Assembly (NCBI GenBank): GCA_051362555.1
Contig: CM120645.1
Span: 16,616,001-16,680,000, forward strand
DNA length: 64,000 bases
Reading direction: 5' to 3'
DNA from: Lingula anatina
Taxonomy: Eukaryota; Animalia; Brachiopoda
Part shown: piece after piece, positions 28,201 through 36,351 of the stretch
Layout: each line of letters starts with the position of its first letter
How positions within the stretch are numbered: position 1 is the first letter of the stretch
Program-made: the position numbers and the translations under genes
Notes under the pieces: model-generated
Databases searched by the model: none
What the model was told of the DNA's origin: nothing
Seen by the model: the letters and a program-made list of their open reading frames with translations, nothing else

Positions 28201-31200
28201 TACTTTCGTCGGTGTTACCTGTTGTGCATAATTAAAATTTGATGTTGACTGTGCAGTTAAACATAATGTATTATTGCATCAGAATTGGTAGTCTCCTATT
28301 TTGTGCATTATTGTTTTGTGCTTTTCTTAAGATGTGACCTATGGGCCTGAAAGACCTTTGAGAGGGTCAGTCTGTAAATTTCCCTTGGGTATCACTAAGC
28401 TAGGTTCAGAGTTATAAAGTCATTTACCTAATTAATAGGTTATTAAATGAGATTACATAAAGCACACTTGTTGATATTTCCCTGTAAACTCCCAAAGATT
28501 TTATGTGAAATTAAAAGCCAGTCTGCTAGATTAATAATAAGGAAGCAGTGATAATTATGCGGGTAAATTTTGCAATATCTCTGGGTCCACTCCTGTTATT
28601 GACCATGTTACCTGTTGTGCATGATTAAAATTCAGTGTTGACTGACAGTGCTATTATAAGCTTTATTTGTTATTGCAACAAAATTGACAAAATGACCTAT
28701 TTTGCATCTTTATTTTCTGTTTTTTGTCTGTACATTTGACAGCTTTGCTGCCTTGTTTATTTTCCGTTATGTAGAATCTTCCTTTACCTTCATTGTATTG
28801 TTCTTATTCGCCAAGTTAATTGATGTACATGTACACTTTCTTTATATTCAGTTTGCTGTCAGTGTCGCTGTTTATATAGGCCTATTAATTAATTTTTAGT
28901 CGGTTGGACGTTTTCCCCTTTTTCAAAACTAAATTAGCAAAGTAGACCTTAAAAAGAACGTTAACATTTACTTTTCAAAAACTTAAAATATAAAAATGAT
29001 TATTGTCATCCATCGCTTCACAGAATCAGTGGCGGATTTGGGGGGGTGTCGTGGGGTCCTGAGCTCTCGATTTCTGAAAAAAATCACACCATTGGTCCCC
29101 TCTCGAAATTAGGCCAAGTGGGGAGGGAGGGTCGACTTTGCATCCGCGGACCCCCCTTCAAATAAGCCTGGATCTGCCCCTATAGAACTATGTTTGGACT
29201 CAACTATAAATTATCATTACGCAAATGAGCATAAAAAGGAAAGGGGGAGGTCAAAAATCAAAATTACAGCTCTAAGAGTCTGTGTGTCATGTGTGTCCGC
29301 TTCTGGAAACCACGCATATGCTTCACAACGTCGCTCCGTCGAGTAATTAACTGTTTGGAGAGACTGGCGTGGAATGGAATTTCCTTCTTGACAGAAAAAC
29401 TTATAAAAAGGGGCAAAGGGTGGGGTTTGGGTGGGGTGGAGGATTCCTTCACGACTGGATATTTATCTCGTTATGCTTTAGCTTTTTTCAGTTACCAGTG
29501 GCGGATTTGAGGGGGGTGTCAGGGTGGTCCTAAAAAAAATTACACTAATTAGAATTTGACTAGCCATTTAGAATTTTGACTAGCTGAATCACTGTTCTAA
29601 ACCGAACCAAATGGCACCGTTTTTCGGGGCCCGAACCCCACGCCAAGGGGAGGGGAGGGGAGGGTGGCGGATCGGCTTGGGATCAGCGGGCTTTAGCATT
29701 TTGGGAGATTTTGAAGAGATACAAAAAAATCAGAATTACTGGAAATATGAGAAAGTTGTGAGAAGTGGATTCAAATGTTTTTAATAAAGATTTTTGATTG
29801 AGATCTAGTCTGTCGTCGTGCAAAGCTGAAAATAATTTGAATTTGCACTTTTTAAGCTGTTAAACAAAATGCTAATCGAACCAAAGAAAATTGTCCGATT
29901 TTCTTATACTTACATTTATATTCACAAATGAATGAAATCCACTAAAACATACATGTGTTTGCACTGGCCAAGACTCCAGTCAACTAAATGGCATCATTCT
30001 CAACATTAGTATTACCTGTCTAATATATAAGTAACAGCAAAAAAATACAAATGAAACTTCTTCTCATGGTATTTTTAAAAAATATTTCTAATGTTAACGT
30101 ATAAAATTTGATGACTTACTCCGTATATATATATATATACACGTATGTATGTAAGACCAGGGAATTATATCAGAGGGAATGGAAACGGGTGGCGGTCTAT
30201 TGTCCTATCTCTGTTAAGAGGCGGGACAAAGTGTACGAGTGACAGGCCAAAGCGACGGGGGGTAATTTCCTGGTAAGACCAACAGATATATTGTTTCAAA
30301 ACTTATAAAAATCATATTCTTGTCGTCTCTGTGCTTTATTCCTTTTCCGACTATTGCCCTGGCTACATAGTCAAGTTTAGTCCTTGAGCCAAGATACTGC
30401 TCCTTTCCACTGTAGTATTTGCATGCTAATTCATAAGACTTTCGATTTAGTACCAGACTGCCCTCTAAGAAGAGCTATGAAATGTTCCAGAGAAACCACC
30501 AAAGAGCTTACGCCGTTCAAGACCCTGTCGCTGTACTGATAAGTTTCGACGGCGCCTTAGCCATAACATAAGACAACACTAGGAAAGTCTCATCTGTTTT
30601 GGTAGGAACAATCAAGCTATTAAGAAGAAACAAACTGTGAAATACCGGCACCTCTTGAAAAAGTATTGACTTGGAGAGAAAAATTATAAATTTGATATGG
30701 CGGCTTCAGATAACTTTGATTTCAACATATCAACCATTAATCTAACCATGGAAATGAACGATACTTTATCGTTGGAATTGCCAAAACCTCCTCTTTGTCC
30801 GTTCCTAGGTTTTTATGCCAATGAGAAAGACGACTTGTTGTCATGGTTCCGATTGTTCGCTGACGTGTGGATCGTGCTAAGTAATGTAGTGAATGCATTG
30901 ATATGGATTAAAATGAAGCATGTTCTAGGAGTCGGGCACTTTATCCCGTTCTTCGTCACTCTTTCCGTATCAGATGGTCTCACCGGCTTAACAAGGATTC
31001 CAATGGACTCTGCCAAGCTCCTTGTAGACTACCTACCAGATGACACCTTCGTTTCGTTAAACTTGGTGCACTGTCTTTCGTTGATCATATCAGGGCAGTG
31101 CTTTTATTATTCATTTTTAATGTTAACGGCACTGTCCTTGCTCCGTTTGGTTGTTTTGAGTCATCCAATTACTGCACATAAATGGTTGGCGAAGTCACGA

Positions 31201-33744
31201 TTACTTGCCGTCGTACTTATACCGGCTGTATTCGTCGTCCAGACTGCGCTAGGGATAACGCAGTACTTGGACATCACGGAAGAACTCAATAGGACACCCT
31301 CTGAAATCGGATGTGTTATGGTGCCCATGCTCGTCCAGTTGATAGCCGGGAGTTATTTGGTTCGACTGATTATCAAGAGGAACAACAAGGCTAAATTCTC
31401 CATTGCGCCTGTTGCGCATAATATCCAAATGCAAAACAGGCTGACTTTCGCAATCTCTGCCAGTGCATTTGCAGCTCTGTTTTTGGCGCTCCCATACACC
31501 GCCTACAAACTCCTCACCACAGCTGAAGTCTATCACGGCAATACTGATATTTTCCAAGCACTTGGTTTCCTACGTTGTTTGAACTGTGCGGTACATTTTC
31601 CAATCTACTTACTGACGCATCAAACTTACAGGTCCACATTTCTGCAAATTTTCTGTCGCATTCGACCTGTGGCGCCACCAATGGTATGGACCGCAACGGG
31701 CAACGATGGTTCTTCGCCCAGTCAGCAAAGTTCAGAAGAAGCATTGAATCACTGGTGTACCTGTTGGCAAGGAAGACGCGTGCATCCGCATCCCGCACCA
31801 AGCCCTTTGGCCTTGCAGTAAATGCCAATTAATATGTTAAGTAAGGAACTTAGTTTGCCAAACTAGAAGTAGGATAAACCCACAAACAGCTATTCGCGCT
31901 GTTGCATGTCTTCGTTTCTGCTACGTATGAAACAAGCCTGTTGCAGTGTAGAAGAGCACGTTGTAATAGGTCGGTGTGATAAAAATCACTGTCATTATAA
32001 AGTCAGTGAAAATCCCAACTTGTAGGACAGACCAGCAATTTTGAAGTGCAAAATTATCCATTGATGATTGTCTGGAATGTTCGTAACATTTGTATTTGTC
32101 CATCAGTACGATTATACAAATATTATCTGCTTTGAATGGAATAGTTGCATTTATGACCCCAAGAAAATATATCCGTTAATAATAATCCCATGGCCAGGGT
32201 TTTATTGTTTCACGTCATATTTCACGCCTTATTTAGCCATTGTGCAATTTTGTCTCTTAATTGGTACATAGAAAAAGCAACAATGCATGCAAATAGTACC
32301 CTCTTCCAAGGACGAAGTTCAATTATGTGTACTTTGATCCCACGTAGTGGAGACATGTGGAAGAGGGTATGCAAATAGGATGTTGTGAGGCATTTTAATG
32401 CGCAGATATATAGCATAATAAAAATCATCTTACAGCTGTGTTAAGTAGCACAAATGAATCGAAGATTACTCAGATGTAAATTACCTTCAACCACTATTTG
32501 TTATCAATTGTTACTACCACATTGTTTACTTATATACCAGATAGTTAATGTATAATAAAGTTATATATCTGTGGATTTTGTGGCCAATCATTAGCTTGTA
32601 TTTTGCATCTGACTCAGACTAACTTTAAGTAGGCACTGGCAGCCAGCTAATTCTGTTGTCACCTCTGCCCAAATAAATTTAAAAGGCAATGCTATAATTG
32701 CCCACCTAACTTATTGGCTAATAGACGAAGTAACCTTCTTTTTAACATGTGAATAATATACAACAATGTCAACAGTGTCATTTTGTCAAGCAAGAATCCT
32801 CGACTTATTTCACAACATATAACTACTGGTATAACTATTTATCTTGATTAAAGTGGCAATTTCAAAAAGTATATTAAATCTTCATTTGGTCGTTCGATAC
32901 GTTTACATTGACGTAGCGTAAATTGAATAGTTGCTTCTATGTTTAAGCTCCCTTAAAACTGAATGCAAGACATGAGAAATTACATTTAACACAAAGAAGA
33001 ATTAACCCCTGTTCATACTGTTTGGGGAGGAGGGGGGTTAAGAAAACCACAAATAAATACAGTACGGTAAGCCAGTCTCAAATGTACATTCAAAATTGGC
33101 ACGTTTCATTCATTCATCGGGTCAATACTAAGGCTCTGTTCTCACAACTTTTAGATCGATCTATCACCGCGGGGAGTCTCACTAGATTACTGTCAGATAA
33201 TCCCCCTTAAGTGTCCGTCCCCGCCTACTACAAGCTTTAAGGGGTAATTAACTTTCGTGTCCGCCCGGCTGACAGCTATTTAACGTGAACCCCCAGGGAG
33301 TTAGGTCGATCCAATGTAGGTCGATCTAATCTATGAGAATGGGGTGTAACTCTGCTTCTTACCTTGACACAGGGATCCATAGTGCCCCGGACAACACCGT
33401 GGAATTATGGTTTCTCTCAGACACAGGTGTTGACACCCCGTCCGCCAAACGCGACGGAATAGACCAAACTTAATTCTATATCTGCATTCCGTTGTCCTAT
33501 TCTCCTCCGTTATTTTCACTGAACCGACGGGGCACTCAATCAGCGCGTTGAGGATGCAGGAGCGGCAGTTGGTGACGAACTTTTGTTGCAAAGTGGTGTT
33601 GCAGAAATTGTGACTTGTGTTCATATATTTTTCTGTCGTTGTTTCGGGGAATTCCATCGGCCCCTGTGTCGCATTGAGAGACAGGCAGATTAAAGCACAA
33701 AAAAGTTGGAAAAAACTTATCACTATGATAGTTATCGTCCCCAT
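4981..33744 (-). CDS. Stabilin-like (STAB1/STAB2 family) EGF + fasciclin (FAS1) receptor; 20 coding exons, 3' end not resolved in window
   Basis: Exons with GT-AG boundaries and compatible phases: 33363-33744, 16184-16269, 14613-14682, 13247-13345, 12596-12718, 11697-11896, 11098-11237, 10779-10839, 10438-10593, 9782-9928, 9451-9597, 9164-9226, 8772-8894, 8428-8481, 7927-8007, 7492-7644, 6964-7023, 6209-6373, 5928-6014, 4981-5092 (about 836 codons). Signal peptide [23 protein letters not shown]. Cys-rich module ending [29 protein letters not shown], then tandem EGF repeats. FAS1 motifs HGPFTLFMP...[14 protein letters not shown] and [10 protein letters not shown]...[17 protein letters not shown] second [28 protein letters not shown] module follows. 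This domain order matches the stabilin N-terminal third. Confidence 0.9.
9675..9760. repeat. (ATC)/(ATT) trinucleotide low-complexity repeat
   Basis: Seen directly; a similar tract lies at 12795-12910. Confidence 0.8.
16791..17022 (+). mobile_element. PIF/Harbinger-like MITE, copy 1
   Basis: About 230 bp, flanked by TTA...TTA, imperfect terminal inverted repeats containing TAGATCGATCTA. Near-identical copy at 54576-54806. Confidence 0.7.
18700..19325 (-). mobile_element. Decayed Penelope-like retroelement fragment (RT C-terminal/linker + GIY-YIG endonuclease)
   Basis: Minus-strand translation across stops and frameshifts: [13 protein letters not shown]; IVTNEEDR; [11 protein letters not shown]; [20 protein letters not shown]; [20 protein letters not shown]; [34 protein letters not shown]; [11 protein letters not shown]. 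This is the motif order of the Penelope ORF 3' part. Confidence 0.85.
19641..21248 (+). CDS. Divergent class A (rhodopsin-like) 7TM receptor with long Ser/Thr-rich N-terminus, nested antisense in stabilin intron 1
   Basis: 526-aa ORF called from a TTG at 19668. The frame is open from an acceptor (TTTTTCAG) at 19640/19641 and reads [16 protein letters not shown]; first in-frame ATG is 19698. Seven hydrophobic segments: TM1 LSNLVN, TM2 [12 protein letters not shown]3 [18 protein letters not shown]6 [11 protein letters not shown]7 [10 protein letters not shown], then helix-8-like TFRK. True start uncertain. Confidence 0.85.
   Translation, partial: VSCLIFVSVLKCHTEARPTMRNTGLSNTVTQATSVTVHSVNKYQPFRYEGKISKSFVSTVVVPLSNQGDVKAYPITDMKSPNVSNVTGPALANNLSMTSYVSPKIILPNSAVGYRRKRDLTESEYQETTGPLATSTDFGTNNHSEVRMGTSSPINQLTTSAEIFMDDTNNTKPTESVEKQFSNEGEWNNAEFQKKNGSFNTNSTSSNKRHHKNRSAIFFIRFCLDIWCVLSNLVNISVWLRLRKMPESQRFVLFFIALSVTDALVGALKTAVMTASLVAPYIQNHANFSIMTLHIYCGIFADMAFYYSFLLLTIVSVGRCFILRYPLVTYKMRHTVQKLCFALLPALILIIAILAIPELMDASTGKSIYKTHAEITAVIFPLVVQLISGSYLLRMMIIRNSEENASIEAPQHSLRFQNRVTSAITMNTIAAFSLVLPWTAYDSLVKANVINLDRQVYHILGCIRILNCGVNFFIYITTHATFRKICLELFHPGVLFGKSIETSQTTSNQQGETKESTSIFQRLKRSRNAVAPVTE
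21806..21929. mobile_element. Small inverted-repeat element (MITE-like)
   Basis: TCTACCAGGG at the left end and CCCTGGTAGA at the right end, with internal CAGATT/AATCTG inverted match; single copy in the window. Confidence 0.35.
23020..23262 (-). mobile_element. Short Helentron-type non-autonomous element (HINE/DINE-1-like)
   Basis: Minus strand 5' end TTACCTCCGCCAAGGAGGTTA with partial inverted repeat, then a (GTTT)n/GTCT microsatellite. 3' subterminal repeat CCTTGGCGGAGGT, hairpin GCGCTCTCGGAGTGC and terminal CTAGTT. Confidence 0.75.
25194..25271. repeat. (TA)n microsatellite
   Basis: Pure TA run seen directly. Confidence 0.95.
25889..28757 (+). mobile_element. Helentron-type non-autonomous element with internal satellite array (family A, copy 1)
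   Basis: 5' TTTTATGTACAGACAC-AGAT-GTGTCTGTACAT palindrome and (GTCGCC)n microsatellite. About five 150-165 bp tandem monomers (GCAGGTCAAGTTCGAAAATCAGCATGATCGGG) and degenerate ~335 bp repeats at 27170-28200. 3' subTIR TGTCTGTACAT and CAGC-TTT-GCTG hairpin ending TTGTT. Confidence 0.8.
29027..29181 (+). mobile_element. Short TIR element (CAGTGGCGGAT...GATCTGCCCCT, hAT-like MITE); partial relatives near 15770-15877 (minus), 29496-29590 and 34375-34395
   Basis: Shared CAGTGGCGGATTT(G/A)GGGGG start and GATTTCTGAAAAAAAATCACAC core; imperfect inverted end. Confidence 0.5.
30697..31821 (+). CDS. Divergent class A 7TM receptor, single coding exon, paralog of the 19641-21248 receptor, nested antisense in stabilin intron 1
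   Basis: 374-aa ATG ORF. N-terminal N-glycosylation sequons (NIS, NLT, NDT) and seven hydrophobic segments: [76 protein letters not shown]. Aligns by eye with the other receptor across all helices. Confidence 0.9.
   Translation: MAASDNFDFNISTINLTMEMNDTLSLELPKPPLCPFLGFYANEKDDLLSWFRLFADVWIVLSNVVNALIWIKMKHVLGVGHFIPFFVTLSVSDGLTGLTRIPMDSAKLLVDYLPDDTFVSLNLVHCLSLIISGQCFYYSFLMLTALSLLRLVVLSHPITAHKWLAKSRLLAVVLIPAVFVVQTALGITQYLDITEELNRTPSEIGCVMVPMLVQLIAGSYLVRLIIKRNNKAKFSIAPVAHNIQMQNRLTFAISASAFAALFLALPYTAYKLLTTAEVYHGNTDIFQALGFLRCLNCAVHFPIYLLTHQTYRSTFLQIFCRIRPVAPPMVWTATGNDGSSPSQQSSEEALNHWCTCWQGRRVHPHPAPSPLALQ
33129..33349 (-). mobile_element. PIF/Harbinger-like MITE, copy 2, next to the stabilin exon 1 donor
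   Basis: Reverse-complement match to the 16791 element (GGGGAGTCTCACTAGATTACTGTCAG; CCCCCAGGGAGTTAGGTCGATC), flanked by TAA...TAA. Confidence 0.7.
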
Positions 33745-36351
33745 GGTGCCATCGATCTTTTAGTTTAGTTCTGTTGCATTTCAGAGGGAATGAGAAACTA
33801 AAATAACTGCCACTTAAATAACAATATCCCGTTTCCCACAAACGAAGAGCGTTTATTTCCTTTTCCTTTTTAATCAGACTTCGACCAAGGACCGGTTTCA
33901 CGAGGGGCTTAAGCCTGAAAATTGGCCGGAAAATAAGGCCTTTTTTTATCAACTTCGTTCAATATAGTGGTTTATCTAAAAAGGTTAAGTGTAAGTACAA
34001 ATGTATTCGCTATTATAAAAATTGTAATACTACTGATTTCTGTATGGTCAAAGTTGAAGAAATTTGGGGGGCTAAAAGTTTAAACCAATTTTCGGGGTTA
34101 AGGAAAACTGGTCCCAGTAGTGCCAGCAAACCAGAAAAAACGTATGCTATCGTGACATCGCTTCACTATTTTTCGTAGCTGCCTGCGTTTGCAACATATT
34201 GCATGATATTGAAAAAATAAGAAATCTCTCTCTCTTCAAAACCAGGTCACTTGGACTACGTTAAGCAGTCGGTTATTGAGCTATATTGAATGTTTATACC
34301 CTACTCCGCCCCCTAAAAAATGCGGAACCATAAAAAGATGAGGCACGCTTCACGCGTTTGCATGCCAATGTTCTCCACCCCCTAAATCTGCCACTCATTT
34401 CATCTAAAAAATAAGTGTTCTTTGTCATTTTTCATTGAAATTACGAACAAAAATATTTCCAGTTGTGAGATCTTTCGTTTGCGGAGGTTAGTCTCACACA
34501 ATATTTCCTAAAAGCCAGTTCGCATTCAATAAGGAGATAGTATGAACAGTTCAAAAGCAAACATTCAAAGACAGTAGACGGAATCAAATAATACAGTAAC
34601 ACGTAGGAACATATGGGCTAAGAAAGCGTTCAGGAAGTCTGTATTCTGGTTGATTGTAAATCGGGTTAAAGGAAACCCGTTGACCTGAGATAACGTTAAT
34701 TATAAACAATCTATAAACAAAAAGCGCACGGTTGAAAACGTCAAAAACATCCTTGGTTCTTGGGTTCATTAGTGAGTACGGACTGCTAATCTACTTGGAA
34801 TTGTCTTGACTGTACCACATTATACAAAAATAAAATACAAAAAAAGAAAAAAGTCCGTTCCTTAAATGTGATCTTATATTTGCAATCACAAGTAAATACA
34901 AATTCAAACAATAATGATAATAACCACATGTTGATGTTATATAATAGGAAATAGATTGTATAAAACGTGCACCATGCAGTTCATTAGATTTTATTCACCA
35001 ATTTCCATAGGACTGAGTTGAGATCTAACTTAGAACTGCTCATGACGTCATACGCTACCACTTTACAGAAGCCCTTTCCAGACCAATCTCCCTCTTTAAT
35101 TTCTATTTTCAACATACACTAGGATTGCTAGGATGTTGCTTTACGAATAAATAAGGCGTCATCAGGGGACACCAGATCTATCAATAATGCTCTAGATTTA
35201 TTTTTTCTATACTTCGTGATCTTGGCAATCATCTGTTTCTCAAGTCATTATGAAAGAGACAAGCGGAAATTTTAATATACCTATTGAATCCAAATAACCA
35301 CCTTTTTTCATTAATGAATGAGCTACTGGAACGTCAGAAAAAATAAGGTGTTTAGATCTACAAGCTGCGTAGTAAGTACGTTAGAAAAAAAAAGGCGTTT
35401 AAATAATATGCAAAAAGTAAGTTAATAAAAATGTGTTTACATAATACGCCACAAGCACGATAAAGAAGAAAGCGTTTGCATAAATACAAGAAATGGTAGC
35501 GTTCTATTAGAGCAGAGAGAGATTAACAAATGTAGTCAAAAAGAAAATTAATGTGAATAAAGAAAATTTTACAAGGCAATAAAGGAAACTTTGTTCAGTG
35601 CCTCATGCAGAGGTAAAGGTAATTGTAAGTCACAACATTTATGGATCACTTCTTATTTCCTGGCTATTTTCATCATATCAAATTATTGTCATTTCCGTTT
35701 TTCTTGAGTTTATTCCACAGCAATTTGTTTGACGGGATTATTATTCTCAATCGACTTCCTTCATTTTCCACATTATCACCGTTATCAGAAGTTTCTTGTG
35801 AAATAAATAAAAGTAATTTAAAATTTATCGATTTTAAAATATTAAAACATTTTTACTACCATTTCATTTATGTGTCATTTTTCACTGAACATACACTCTG
35901 AAAACAACGAGCAGAGCCTTTCCTTTTGACTGAGTGCAATTATTCCTGAAATCTTCAAGGGATTCTTCAGTTTTTCTGTTTAATTACAAAATTTATTCCT
36001 TCCATTGAGACGTTAAGAGATCTTTTTCCAATAATATTATCTTTTCCCCCTCAATTTTCTTGGAATTCCACAATACAGCCACATTTCTTGGCAATTGGAA
36101 AGTTAAATATCTGTAATGGCAATGCACATAGGAAGCAAATTCCTAAATGACCACTACTAGAACCTAAGGGGCATTTCGCTGTACAGATCTACTGTGTATG
36201 TATGTCCGTAAGGGTGGAAAGGTCTCTTTTGTAGCCTAATTTGGCCATTGAAATCTGCAACAGTCATCACCTTTTCAACAATTAAAAAAAGTTTATAGCT
36301 AAAAAGAACTAAATTTTAACTAACCTTTACTTCTTTACTATATCTTATTAA

